Shown: in pieces, positions 1 through 9,575 of the stretch
Numbering within the stretch: the stretch's first letter is position 1
Layout: every line of letters starts with the position of its first letter
From: Candidatus Poribacteria bacterium
GTDB taxonomy: Bacteria; Poribacteria; WGA-4E; WGA-3G
Direction of reading: 5' to 3'
DNA length: 64,000 nt
NCBI GenBank assembly: GCA_965205015.1
Contig: OZ242029.1
Location: 4,384,001 to 4,448,000, forward strand
Notes under the pieces: generated by a model
Databases searched by the model: none
What the model saw: only the letters and a program-made list of their open reading frames with translations
Told to the model about the DNA's origin: nothing
Translations under genes and position numbers: made by a program

Positions 1-569
1 GGGTTATCATACCCACCTTTCGGTAGACGATGGGGTAGATAGGTCCCGAAATAGAACAGTTGCAACGTGCTAAGTAATGCTGGCGAAACCCAGAACAGTA
101 TCAGGTTGAGCGTGGGGATCCGCAAAACGTATTCCATAACCTGAAAAACAATTGCCATGCCGACTATCTGTTGCCAACTGAGGTATTCCTTCATAAAATG
201 AAGATACCACGCCAAGAATCCAGTGTGCTTTCCATCGTGAAAATCCGGATCGGTGCCCCTTGCGGGTGTTCGGTGGTGCGCCCAGTGCTTCTCTAACAAT
301 TTGCGATATGAAAATAGTGCGTATAACCCGACAGCAATTGCTCCAATTATATTATTGACACGTGGATAGGTCGGGCAAACGGATCCATGCATCGCGTCGT
401 GTGCTGTGATAAACAGCCCCGTATAGAGAAACGTCTGACACAGTATCCCTATAGGTATCAGCACAATGTTGATATGCCCAACGTCCTGCGTGAGCACAAG
501 TATGAGACTCAGTCCCCACAATTCGATAATCGTTGCCGCAATGAATAGACCCTTGTTCGTTTTCTTCAT
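1..569 (-). CDS. crtW: beta-carotene ketolase (CrtW type), 3' end runs off the window; absent from the ORF track
   Basis: Manual translation from ATG 569: MKKTNKGLFIAA...FLYTGLFITAHDAMHG...KHWAHHRTPARGTDPDFHDG...LQLFYFGTYLPHR. These are CrtW His boxes and flanking motifs; last gene of the crt operon visible here. Confidence 0.9.
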   Translation of the reverse strand, partial: MKKTNKGLFIAATIIELWGLSLILVLTQDVGHINIVLIPIGILCQTFLYTGLFITAHDAMHGSVCPTYPRVNNIIGAIAVGLYALFSYRKLLEKHWAHHRTPARGTDPDFHDGKHTGFLAWYLHFMKEYLSWQQIVGMAIVFQVMEYVLRIPTLNLILFWVSPALLSTLQLFYFGTYLPHRLPKGGYDN

Positions 570-572
570 GTT

Positions 573-1406
573 TTACCTTTTCAAAGCCACGAGTCCGAAA
601 TAGATCAGTTGGGCAAAATAGAGGTGAATTGCGATTCGAGGCAACAGTTGACGAAAGAGTCCGATTTGTAAACCGATTGTTGCAAAGATAAAACTTAATC
701 CAAACCACACCAGATAGTTCTGCAAGGGGATATCTCCGTTCATCCATGTCCAATAATCCAGTTTCACTGCCGCCGGTTCCATAAGCAAATCAAAGCAGAC
801 CATTAGCAAAGCCACCAGAATAGCAGTCGGTGAGAGACTCGAATGGAAGGGAGGCAGATTGGACGGATGGGTACCCACCCGTCCTCCCTTCCATCTTTCC
901 AACCGAGTCCGGAAAGCCGATAGCTGATATGCTAAGGATTTCGATGTAATTTTCTGAGCAACAGCAGTCGAGGCGACGAGCATCACGAACCAAGCAGCCC
1001 CGATGCTGATTGGCACATCCCCAATTGACGGCTGCAATGTCTGTCCGTACTGGTATGAACCGAAAATCTGTCCCGTCCGAACACCGAACCATTCAATACC
1101 GAAACTCACGACAAAAATTCCTATACCTACGATGGCAAATTTTGGTCGTTCATGCCGTGGGTATACTCGCCAGCATTCCCAAAATAGCCATGCCCCCAAA
1201 CCGATCATGATTGGTGAAGCGAGGACGCGCATGATTTCTTGGAACACACCGAGTACATGCCACAATCCACCGGCACCTAAAAGTAGATAGAGTACCCCTA
1301 TTTTATATTTTAATTTTACCTTGCGGAGTAGTCCAGTGAGTTTCTTATTTGAAGTTTTTTTCTCAAGAGTCGCCTGCACCGTTGTTGCAGACTTCGTTTT
1401 CGTCAT
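573..1406 (-). CDS. cruF: carotenoid 1',2'-hydratase, CruF family (membrane)
   Basis: Motifs EWFGVRTGQIFGSYQYG, DVPISIGAAW, DLLMEPAAVKLDYWTW, IPLQNYLVW; crt operon context. The N-terminal ~33 aa and an internal ~35 aa derive from repeat elements. Confidence 0.8.
   Translation of the reverse strand: MTKTKSATTVQATLEKKTSNKKLTGLLRKVKLKYKIGVLYLLLGAGGLWHVLGVFQEIMRVLASPIMIGLGAWLFWECWRVYPRHERPKFAIVGIGIFVVSFGIEWFGVRTGQIFGSYQYGQTLQPSIGDVPISIGAAWFVMLVASTAVAQKITSKSLAYQLSAFRTRLERWKGGRVGTHPSNLPPFHSSLSPTAILVALLMVCFDLLMEPAAVKLDYWTWMNGDIPLQNYLVWFGLSFIFATIGLQIGLFRQLLPRIAIHLYFAQLIYFGLVALKR
1306..1400. mobile_element. MITE-like element, partial copy inside the cruF 5' end
   Basis: TTTTAATTTTACCTTGCGGAGTA end plus CGCCTGCACCGTTGTTGCAGAC hairpin. 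Confidence 0.65.
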
Positions 1407-2579
1407 TTAACTAAGTTTCCTATTTGAAGTTCTTTTCGCAGCCGCTGATTGCTGACTGCTGACTGCTATTTTTAGATCAATCTGCCGTCCTTTCCACTGC
1501 AAACGCCCCCGTCTGACTTGGCAAAACGAATTGATGCCAATCACCAATGTCAACAGTACACCAAATGGATGTAAAATTACGCTGGAAAAGAAAGAGTGCT
1601 TATATTTGAGTGCCAGCACCGTCCGCATAACGATGTTCATAATGATAGCAACGATTGCCGGTCCTCTCAGCGGCGCAAACCAGACAGTGATGTAGGGCAG
1701 AATACACATTGTAAATAGACTCAGGAGTAAAATAAAAAAGGGTATCATCTTGTAGCGGACCAGTCCAAACAGGTTTTTGGAAAATCCGTCCCAGACCTCG
1801 CTGAACGACTGATACATCCTACAAGATACCACACGCGTTCCCGCCGATGTCAAGATTCTGATATCCCTCTTTTTCGCCAATCGGCTGAGTTCAACGTCTT
1901 CAACAATCTGATTAGACACCGCTTGATGCCCACCAACCAATTGATACGCCTCACGGGTGAATGCAATCCAGAGACCGCTCGCCGCGGCAAGCGATGGAAA
2001 ACGGCTGAAGTAGGTAAGCCATAACGGAAGCCCGGCGTAAACGAACATATCCACTACCGGCACGACGAGTTTTTCTGCCAAAGTTATTGTCACTTTCTCT
2101 GGAAATGCTGAGAGCAAGCCAAGTTTCAGTTCCTGTATGTAGGCAACGGTATTTGCAATCGCGTTCGGGGCGGGACGGTTATCCGCATCCGTGAAAATGA
2201 GTATCTCCCCGTCTGCATGTTGGCTCAATTGATGACACGCCCAATTTTTTCCACTCCACCCTGCTGGCAACGGTTCGCCGCAGATTGCTTGAACTTCAGA
2301 GTACTGTTCGCCGAATTCTTCAATAATCGTACCCGTACGATCCGTCGATTGGTCATCAAGCACATAAATCTTGAAGTTATCGTAGTTTTGAGACAGGAAT
2401 CCTTCAATACAGGTGCCAATGTTGGCGTCTTCATTTCGCGCTGGAATCAACACCGAGACGCGTGGACGATTCTGAAGCCCTACGGATTTTTTCAACATCG
2501 GTGCAGTCGCAGCATTAAACAACGTGACTACCAAAACAACCGCCAACAGCACTATCGAAATAAGCATCAGGATAAACAC
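1407..2579 (-). CDS. GT2 glycosyltransferase, carotenoid glycosyltransferase (CruC/CrtQ-like)
   Basis: VSVLIPARNE, LDDQSTD, GWSGKNWACHQL, FTDAD, VEDVEL motifs plus C-terminal TM helices; crt operon. Confidence 0.85.
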   Translation of the reverse strand: MFILMLISIVLLAVVLVVTLFNAATAPMLKKSVGLQNRPRVSVLIPARNEDANIGTCIEGFLSQNYDNFKIYVLDDQSTDRTGTIIEEFGEQYSEVQAICGEPLPAGWSGKNWACHQLSQHADGEILIFTDADNRPAPNAIANTVAYIQELKLGLLSAFPEKVTITLAEKLVVPVVDMFVYAGLPLWLTYFSRFPSLAAASGLWIAFTREAYQLVGGHQAVSNQIVEDVELSRLAKKRDIRILTSAGTRVVSCRMYQSFSEVWDGFSKNLFGLVRYKMIPFFILLLSLFTMCILPYITVWFAPLRGPAIVAIIMNIVMRTVLALKYKHSFFSSVILHPFGVLLTLVIGINSFCQVRRGRLQWKGRQIDLKIAVSSQQSAAAKRTSNRKLS

Positions 2580-2594
2580 GCCAACACCGGCCTT

Positions 2595-3254
2595 TCAATC
2601 CAGTAGATTTTGTCCCTCTTCTTGACGAAGAATCCGCAAAGCGAGATCATCTAACACTGCAGTTTCAGTCTGTTCAAGCCAATCCATCCCTTGAAATGTT
2701 TCTGGGGCAAACAAGTGGACATCGCCGAACAGAAAAAATACACTCGGACGCTTTTCACCGAGAAACTCGGTCCGAATTGCCAAAGGGAGCACTGCGATGG
2801 ATTTCCCATATTTCTGTAAAATCCATTCAACCCCGCGTCTGTAACCGAGAGGGCGCGTATGCCACGGCAACAGTTGCCCTTGCGGAAAAACTGTGACGAG
2901 CGGCATCTCTGGATTCAGTAATTCCACAGTGTATTCAAGGGATTCAAGAACACTACATCTATTCTCCGGTTCGATTGAATAAGCCCCTATTTTCGCGAAG
3001 AATTTGTATTTCGATAGCTGCTTTTCTAACATCATCAGATAGGCCGTCCGCCGGAAGATTTTTTTGTTGAGCAGATAAACGAAGAATCCATCCCACCATG
3101 TACTGTGGTTTGGCAGTAGTAACACCGGTAGATCGTCAGGTATTTTGGGTGGTGTTCCTAACAGTTGAATCTCATGGAAATTCCGCTTGAACACCCAAGT
3201 CAGATACGGTTGGAAGATAATGTCCGCCCAAAGACGGTGCTGCGCACGAATCAT
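2595..3254 (-). CDS. PlsC-family acyltransferase, likely carotenoid-glycoside acyltransferase (CruD-like)
   Basis: NHSTWWDG (HX4D) and FPQG motifs; lies between crtB and the glycosyltransferase. Confidence 0.8.
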   Translation of the reverse strand: MIRAQHRLWADIIFQPYLTWVFKRNFHEIQLLGTPPKIPDDLPVLLLPNHSTWWDGFFVYLLNKKIFRRTAYLMMLEKQLSKYKFFAKIGAYSIEPENRCSVLESLEYTVELLNPEMPLVTVFPQGQLLPWHTRPLGYRRGVEWILQKYGKSIAVLPLAIRTEFLGEKRPSVFFLFGDVHLFAPETFQGMDWLEQTETAVLDDLALRILRQEEGQNLLD

Positions 3255-4177
3255 TTGTTGATTATTCCTGAGTGGATTGGGAATAGTTTCTCCTGTGCCG
3301 ATAGGAATTTTGCCCGAATCCCCTCGTGTAACAGGATCCCAATTTTCTGGGTTGCTGGCACAAAGACTCGAGTTAAAAATGGGTCGTAATTGTGATCTTC
3401 AATCTTTCTTAAGATCCCGCGATAAATTTTAGCAGCCGAATAGATCGCATACTGCGATTCCGTTTCGAGCAAAGAAATACCCGGTATGGCTTCGGCGTAA
3501 TAGCGATCTGCACTTTCAACTTGAAATTTCATCAGTTCTTTCAATTGCGGTGTTAGTTTTTCTTCTAAGATGTCTTGCTCCGATACACCGAATCTTGCTA
3601 AATCCTTCTGTGGTAGATAGATGCGTCCCATGTCCTTATCCTCTTTGATGTCCCGCAGGATATTGGTGAGTTGCATGCCAATACCGAGTTGCTTGGCATA
3701 ACCAAACGCACGTTTGTCCTTATAACCGAGGACATAGGTCATCATCAGTCCAACAACAGCCGCGACCCGATAACAGAAAAGAGAGAGTTCATCAAAGGTT
3801 TTATACCGCGTCTTCTGGACATCCATGGCAACCCCTTTGAGCAAATCGAGTGGGTATTCAATAGGGATGCCATACGCCTTGGCGACGAGGATAAAAGCAC
3901 GAATAATTGGATGTTGAGACTCCCCTGTATTGTAAGCAACTTGTAATTCTTCTGTCAAGAGTTGTATCTCTCTAACGATTTCTGTTTCGGTGCGTTGACG
4001 GGGCGTATCAATCAGATTGTCGCAGTGTCGACAGAAACCGTATAATGCATAAGTTGCCCAACGCTTTTCTTTGGGCAGCATTCTTGCTGAGAAGTAAAAA
4101 CTTTTTGAATAGTAGGCGGTTATCCTGCGGGCATATTCAAAGGCGATCCGATTTTCTTCTGCTTTCCACAATTTCAT
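3251..4177 (-). CDS. crtB: phytoene synthase
   Basis: YSKSFYF, YGFCRHCDNLID, CYRVAAVVGLM, QLTNILRDIKED, GRIYLP. Confidence 0.95.
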   Translation of the reverse strand: MKLWKAEENRIAFEYARRITAYYSKSFYFSARMLPKEKRWATYALYGFCRHCDNLIDTPRQRTETEIVREIQLLTEELQVAYNTGESQHPIIRAFILVAKAYGIPIEYPLDLLKGVAMDVQKTRYKTFDELSLFCYRVAAVVGLMMTYVLGYKDKRAFGYAKQLGIGMQLTNILRDIKEDKDMGRIYLPQKDLARFGVSEQDILEEKLTPQLKELMKFQVESADRYYAEAIPGISLLETESQYAIYSAAKIYRGILRKIEDHNYDPFLTRVFVPATQKIGILLHEGIRAKFLSAQEKLFPIHSGIINK

Positions 4178-4320
4178 TTTTTAATTATCCCTTGCGGTTC
4201 GGCGAGGTGGGTTGGATCAATAACGTTCATTTTCGTATATCCGCCTGCGCCGTTGTTGCAGGCTACGGCTTCGTTAGAACTCTCGCGTAAGCGGAGCGGA
4301 ACGCAGCCCAGGGGTCCATA
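4178..4320. mobile_element. MITE-like element, partial copy
   Basis: TTTTTAATTATCCCTTGCGGTTCGGCGAGGTGGGTT matches the reverse complement of 5984-6020; same internal hairpin at 4242. Confidence 0.65.
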
Positions 4321-4321
4321 G

Positions 4322-5797
4322 TTAAAAGTCATTGATGACGAGTTTTACTGTCGTTTCTGCTGTCAGCAGGACACCCGGTACGCCTGCCCCGGGATGCGTA
4401 CTTGCGCCGACAAAGTAGAGTTTCTGTATATCTTCACTTCGGTTCTGCGGTCGAAAATACGCCGTCTGTGTCAGTGTTGGTTCAACACCCCACGCGCTAC
4501 CCAAATGGTTATTCCGTTCCCGTCTGAAATCTGAGGGTGTAAACGTTTCAAGCACTTCAATTGATCGCTTTAGATCTGTCAGTCCAAATCCATTTTCCAA
4601 GAACGTCAGCACTCTGTCCGTATATGTTGCCTTCGTCTTTTTCCAGTTGACACCGCTCTCCAAATTCGGCACTGGAATCAGGATGTACATGCTTTCATAA
4701 CCCTCTGGTGCCATTGATGGATCGGTTTGAGACGGAATATGGAGGTACATTGAAAAATCGTTCGGAAGCACTTTATTGTCAAAAATATCGGTTATCAACC
4801 CTTTGTATCTTTCAGACAGAATGAGCGTGTGATGCTTCAGTTGCGGATATTTCTTACGAACGCCGAGATAGAGCAGGAAGGCGCTCATCGAATATTGGGT
4901 CTTTCTGAGTTTCTTGTCGGACCATTTCCTACGATGTTCGGACTTAATAAGTTCGCTGTAGGTATGGAACAGGTCCGCGTTAGAAATCACGCCATCTGCT
5001 TCGTAAAATTGTTCGTTTGCAATAACGCCCTTTGCACACCGATTTTCAACAACGATCTGTTCAACCTCTGCCTCGGTTTCGACGACACCACCGAGTTGCT
5101 TAAACAGATCTTCTAAGGCACAAACGAGGCTATACATACCGCCCTTACAGAACCAGACCCCTCCGGTTTTTTCAAGATATGGGATCATCAGATAGACGGC
5201 AGGCGCCCGAAATGGATTGCCACCTATAAACAGGGGGTGAAATGAGAAAGTAAAGCGGTGACGCGGATCGTCAAAATACTTCTTAACGAAATCGTAGGCA
5301 GGTCTCAACGCTTGAAGCCGCAGTGCACGCGGCAGAAAACCGAGCATCGTTGGCAGATCGAATGCGGTTGCACCTAACCCATCCGTGATGACGGCATCGT
5401 AGAGTTGACGGGTATGTGCCATAAAATGATCGTAGTTATTAGCATCTGCTGTGTTGAACTGTGTCATTTGCCGTTTCATCTGTTCGCCATCGTCCGTGTA
5501 ATCGAGAGATGTCCGGTCATGAAAGTAGATGCGATAAAACGGATCGAGCTTCACCAAATCGAGGTAATCTTCCATCCGTACCCCAGCACATTCAAACAGG
5601 CGTTGAATCAAGTCAGGAGCGGTGATAATCGAGGGTCCCATGTCGAAGGTGTATCCCCCTTTAATCAGTTGATAGGCATGACCTCCAACTTTTGCATTCT
5701 TCTCCAGAAGTGTGACTTGCATGCCTCTCGCTTGCAGCCGAATCGCTGCTGCGAGACCGCCAAATCCTGAACCGATGATGACGATTTTGCGCTTCAT
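4322..5797 (-). CDS. crtI: phytoene desaturase
   Basis: GSGFGGLA FAD motif, FDMGPSIIT, FSFHPLFIGGNPF, VGASTHPGAGVPGV. Confidence 0.9.
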   Translation of the reverse strand: MKRKIVIIGSGFGGLAAAIRLQARGMQVTLLEKNAKVGGHAYQLIKGGYTFDMGPSIITAPDLIQRLFECAGVRMEDYLDLVKLDPFYRIYFHDRTSLDYTDDGEQMKRQMTQFNTADANNYDHFMAHTRQLYDAVITDGLGATAFDLPTMLGFLPRALRLQALRPAYDFVKKYFDDPRHRFTFSFHPLFIGGNPFRAPAVYLMIPYLEKTGGVWFCKGGMYSLVCALEDLFKQLGGVVETEAEVEQIVVENRCAKGVIANEQFYEADGVISNADLFHTYSELIKSEHRRKWSDKKLRKTQYSMSAFLLYLGVRKKYPQLKHHTLILSERYKGLITDIFDNKVLPNDFSMYLHIPSQTDPSMAPEGYESMYILIPVPNLESGVNWKKTKATYTDRVLTFLENGFGLTDLKRSIEVLETFTPSDFRRERNNHLGSAWGVEPTLTQTAYFRPQNRSEDIQKLYFVGASTHPGAGVPGVLLTAETTVKLVINDF

Positions 5798-6020
5798 ATT
5801 TTTAATTATTCCTTACGGAGTAACGACGATATTTGTAGTTTGAGGTTTCTCGCGGTAGAGTCGCCTGCGTCGTTGTTGCAGGCTGCTGATTTTGATGATT
5901 TTCTCAATTGTAGTCCGTAACGAAGTGGAGGTGTTTTTGCTTGGGCGTTTCCCCTAGATATACGGAGAGGCACTCTATGTATCAAACCCACCTGCCCGAA
6001 CCGCAAGGTAAAATTAAAAA
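5798..6020. mobile_element. MITE-like element, complete copy (~220 bp)
   Basis: Imperfect terminal inverted repeats TTTTTAATTATTCCTTACGG ... CCGCAAGGTAAAATTAAAAA; internal CGCCTGCGTCGTTGTTGCAGGC hairpin. Confidence 0.7.
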
Positions 6021-7495
6021 CTGTTTTCTGCAATCAGCGTTGCCGCTATTTTCCCGGACAATATTACCAACGGGATTCCGCCCCCCGGATGGACTGAGCC
6101 GCCTGCAAAGTAAAGCCCACTCAGAAAGCGACTTCGATTCGGTAAACGCCTGAACGCAGTGGTTTTGCTATTTGACGATACACCGTAGATACTTCCCTGA
6201 TTACTGGCATAAAGTTCAGAAAAATCTTCTGGTGTGTAAATCTGTTCTACCTCAATCTGATCTGCGATGTCGAAACCGAGCGTCTTTAATCTATCCAACA
6301 CACCCTTTCGCATCCGAATTTTTTCCTTCTCCCACATCTGCTCGGGGACCAAATAGGGCATGTTCAACAACACAAACCAATTTTCGCCCTCAGCTGGTGC
6401 GTGCGCGGCATCCGCTTTGCTGGTTATGGCAATGTAAATAGTCGGTTCATTCGGCACTTGCCGATCTCTGAAAATCTGTTTGAACTCGGTGCTATAGTCG
6501 GTGGAAAAGATAATGTTGTGATGTGCTAAGGTTGGATGCTTCGCTCTAACACCCCACAAGAATACCATTCCGGATAGCGACGGCTCCAATTGGTTTAGTC
6601 TTTCGCGTTGATGCTGAAGTCCATCAATCAATTCGCGATATGCTACGACGGCATCCGCGCCGCATAACACATAATCGGCATCAATCCTCTCTCCATTAAC
6701 TTGTACCCCATTCACCCGTTTGCCATCATGGCATATTTTTTCGGCTTTTGCTGATGTGTGAATCTGAACACCTAACTCACATGCGACCGCCTTCAATGCG
6801 TCAACCAAGCGGTATATGCCCCCTTTGATGTAAAACCCGCCCAATCTGTATTCAATGTACGGAATTATGTTAAGGGTTGCGGGAGCTTGGAACGGATCTG
6901 AACCGTTGTAGGTCGCGTAACGGTCAAAGAGTTGAATGAGGCGCGGATCTGAGAAAAAACGTGATACACTCTGGTGAACCGTCCGAAATGGATCAATTTG
7001 ATGAAACCTAAACAGGGTCCCAAAATACCGATGTCGCATGAGTTTCCGAAATTCATGGATCGGGGTAAACATAAAGATTTCGGCTGTTAGATTATGAATG
7101 CGTTCTGCGTATTTCAAAAACCGTTCATATGCCTTAACGTCGCTCAGGGATAGTTGCGCAATCGCGGTTTTCATTTTCTCCTTATCCGCACTTGCGTCCA
7201 TCACCGACCCATCTGGAAAAAAGTATCGACATATCGGGTCAATTGGTACGAAATCGAGATAAGTTGACCGCTTGAATCCAGCGAAATCGAAGAGTTCATC
7301 GATGATAGATGGCATTGTCAATAGCGATGCCCCCGTGTCAAACCGATAGTCCGTCAAGACGACTTCATTCACCTTGCCACCGAGTTTCGGATTTTTCTCG
7401 AATAACTGGACAGAGAATCCGAGTCGTGCGAGGCGGATCGCACCACTCAATGCTCCAAGTCCACCACCAATGACCGCTACTGTTTTATTTTCCAT
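6014..7495 (-). CDS. crtD: CrtI-family desaturase, probably 1-hydroxycarotenoid 3,4-desaturase
   Basis: GGGLGAL, FDTGASLLTMP, LFDRYATYNGSDP, GGSVHPGGGIPL; second CrtI paralog in an operon with cruF. Confidence 0.7.
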   Translation of the reverse strand: MENKTVAVIGGGLGALSGAIRLARLGFSVQLFEKNPKLGGKVNEVVLTDYRFDTGASLLTMPSIIDELFDFAGFKRSTYLDFVPIDPICRYFFPDGSVMDASADKEKMKTAIAQLSLSDVKAYERFLKYAERIHNLTAEIFMFTPIHEFRKLMRHRYFGTLFRFHQIDPFRTVHQSVSRFFSDPRLIQLFDRYATYNGSDPFQAPATLNIIPYIEYRLGGFYIKGGIYRLVDALKAVACELGVQIHTSAKAEKICHDGKRVNGVQVNGERIDADYVLCGADAVVAYRELIDGLQHQRERLNQLEPSLSGMVFLWGVRAKHPTLAHHNIIFSTDYSTEFKQIFRDRQVPNEPTIYIAITSKADAAHAPAEGENWFVLLNMPYLVPEQMWEKEKIRMRKGVLDRLKTLGFDIADQIEVEQIYTPEDFSELYASNQGSIYGVSSNSKTTAFRRLPNRSRFLSGLYFAGGSVHPGGGIPLVILSGKIAATLIAENSF

Positions 7496-7499
7496 GTTT

Positions 7500-8168
7500 T
7501 TAATTATTTCTAAGTTTCTCGTAGAGCATCGCGTTAAAGAGCATCAGTGTGAATCCGTATCCGAAATCCTCAATGGGAATTGTTAAAATTCGGTAACCCA
7601 TCTGATACGCCTCACCATATAAAACCACAGGTCGCGCCGTGAGATAACCGTTGAATACCAAAATCAGACCTGAAACGATTGCTAAGTAGACATAAGTTTT
7701 TGATTGTAGAAGCAGGTCAGTTCGTAAAAATGTATCCACCAGTCCAACTATCCCAAAACAGCATAGCACCAGTCCAGTATACTGCTTGCCTATGCTGAAA
7801 ACCCATATACCCACCGGCACTGCAGCGTATAAAACCCTTCTGATATACCGAAGCGATCTCAGTTGTCTTGAGAGTTTTGCATCCGGCAATGTTTCCCATA
7901 CCAACAAGCACCCAAACGGAACTGTGAGAAAAAAAAGCCACTCTTCAATCGGCAAACCGAACAACCGGAAGTCAAGCGTATATGTCTCGTTGAACCACCA
8001 ATGTGAACCAGTGACAAGCGCGTCCCATATAATATACGGAATCATGACGATTCCATTCGTGATCAATTTCAATCGCCACTTTGATATATGCTTAATCTGG
8101 TGGTTAAGTTGGAATACTATGGGTCCAGCAGGCACAATGAGGTTAAACAGAAGATACTCAAATTTCAT
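7500..8168 (-). CDS. membrane lycopene beta-cyclase (fused CrtYc/Yd type)
   Basis: Two repeated hydrophobic halves with LPIEEWLFF and IPIEDFGY motifs. Confidence 0.85.
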   Translation of the reverse strand: MKFEYLLFNLIVPAGPIVFQLNHQIKHISKWRLKLITNGIVMIPYIIWDALVTGSHWWFNETYTLDFRLFGLPIEEWLFFLTVPFGCLLVWETLPDAKLSRQLRSLRYIRRVLYAAVPVGIWVFSIGKQYTGLVLCCFGIVGLVDTFLRTDLLLQSKTYVYLAIVSGLILVFNGYLTARPVVLYGEAYQMGYRILTIPIEDFGYGFTLMLFNAMLYEKLRNN

Positions 8169-8761
8169 TGATGGTTGACCGGGTCCTGAGATTTCAAGCT
8201 GCCTTTGAGTATTTGGAGATACGCCTTCTCACCCTCCGTCAGTTTCACATTTTCGAGCAAGAACGCAACAACATTTGTGATTAACTTCGGGTCATAGGTA
8301 TCCATCTGATACGGCATCAATTTTATAATTTTTCTGAAGTCGCGCTGGGCATCATCACCACGCCTGAAGAAGAACGGCAAATAGTAGCAGGTCGAACCGT
8401 GGATGAACAAAGCTTCAAGGTCATTCGGAGTTTTCTGTAACCCGTTATCCATAATCGCCAGACCGCGCTTCACCCATTTGAGTTTCGTGTGGGGAAAGAA
8501 AGCGTGCTTCCCCTTGAGAGCAATAAGTGCCCCCATGTAAACTTGGGTACGTCCAGTATATTTTGGCTCTATTTGCTCAATTCGTTCAAAAAGTCTAATC
8601 GTCGGTGCAATTTGCTTTTCATCTTCAACCGCGACGTAAAATTGTGCTCGCGCACGTTTCAGCATTTCTCCTATCGGTTCGTTAGATGCGAGTCCCTTAA
8701 CCGATAAGAAAAAAAGGAGTCCGAATGCCAGCGTTAGATGAATGAATTTGTTAAACTTCAT
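8165..8761 (-). CDS. secreted helical (TPR-like) hypothetical protein in crt operon
   Basis: Signal-peptide-like N-terminus from ATG 8761; helical repeats; overlaps idi stop and cyclase start. Confidence 0.6.
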   Translation of the reverse strand: MKFNKFIHLTLAFGLLFFLSVKGLASNEPIGEMLKRARAQFYVAVEDEKQIAPTIRLFERIEQIEPKYTGRTQVYMGALIALKGKHAFFPHTKLKWVKRGLAIMDNGLQKTPNDLEALFIHGSTCYYLPFFFRRGDDAQRDFRKIIKLMPYQMDTYDPKLITNVVAFLLENVKLTEGEKAYLQILKGSLKSQDPVNHQ

Positions 8762-9287
8762 TGGGAAAAATAGTTTTTTCTGATTGTTCAACGACGCGAT
8801 CCAACGTCAATTTGAACCAATACGTGTAGTTCTCTGGATTCTCCCGAATATCCTGCTTCAACGCCCTTATGTTCATCCACTTCCAATCATCAACTTCGTC
8901 CAGGTTCGGGATGGGTTGGCCGTTATAGTGTCCAATAAAGACATGATCCAGTTCGTGCTCGAATAGACTATTATCGAGTTGGGCGTGATAAATAAAACTG
9001 AAGAGTCCAGTCAATTCACAATCGAAACCCATTTCCTCATTGAGTCGTCGTCTTGCCGCGCTGTGATAACTTTCGCCCGGACGTGGATGACTACAGCAGG
9101 TGTTCGTCCACAGTCCACCAGAATGATACTTCGTTCGCGCTCGCTTTTGAAGTAACAATTCGCCTACGGCGTTAAAGATGAAAATCGAAAACGCACTGTG
9201 TAATTTACCATCACGATGTGCTTGCATCTTTTCTTGAGTGCCAATTTCTCTGCCCTTCGGGTCGACGAGTATTACATGTTCTTGCAT
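8751..9287 (-). CDS. idi: isopentenyl-diphosphate delta-isomerase type 1
   Basis: LHSAFSIF, WTNTCCSHP, EHELDHVF. Confidence 0.95.
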   Translation of the reverse strand: MQEHVILVDPKGREIGTQEKMQAHRDGKLHSAFSIFIFNAVGELLLQKRARTKYHSGGLWTNTCCSHPRPGESYHSAARRRLNEEMGFDCELTGLFSFIYHAQLDNSLFEHELDHVFIGHYNGQPIPNLDEVDDWKWMNIRALKQDIRENPENYTYWFKLTLDRVVEQSEKTIFPNEV

Positions 9288-9388
9288 TGCTTCTACTTAT
9301 TCCCTTCGCATCGGTTGTGCTTCATAAACCAATCTGTTGTCAAACAGCAGTTGATAGATTTTTTAGATGAAGTTGGGATGTGAATCTC

Positions 9389-9424
9389 TATAGACATTAT
9401 TACATATTGTCTATATTTTGTCAA
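9389..9424 (-). promoter_or_regulatory. sigma70 promoter of crt operon overlapped by CarH-type operator
   Basis: Minus strand TTGACA(9424-9419)-17 bp-AATAAT(9401-9396) with TGn extension; TAGACA repeat exactly 11 bp after TTGACA; palindrome TATAGACA-N11-TGTCTATA at 9389-9415. Confidence 0.75.
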
Positions 9425-9575
9425 TAAATAATTTATACAATTTTACCCTAACTTCGATTTTGTATAGAAAATATGGAATCTGATAAAATCAGACGCCTCG
9501 ATAGTTATTCAGGGTAAATCGTCAATTCAAAAGGAAATTAAGGTTCCTTCTCCATCTAATTCTGAAACTTAGACG

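Noticed and set aside
352-753. 133-aa ORF in the track
   Set aside because: Alternative frame overlapping crtW and cruF, which carry clear family motifs.
5806-6033. 75-aa ORF between crtD and crtI
   Set aside because: It is the MITE sequence read through; no protein features.
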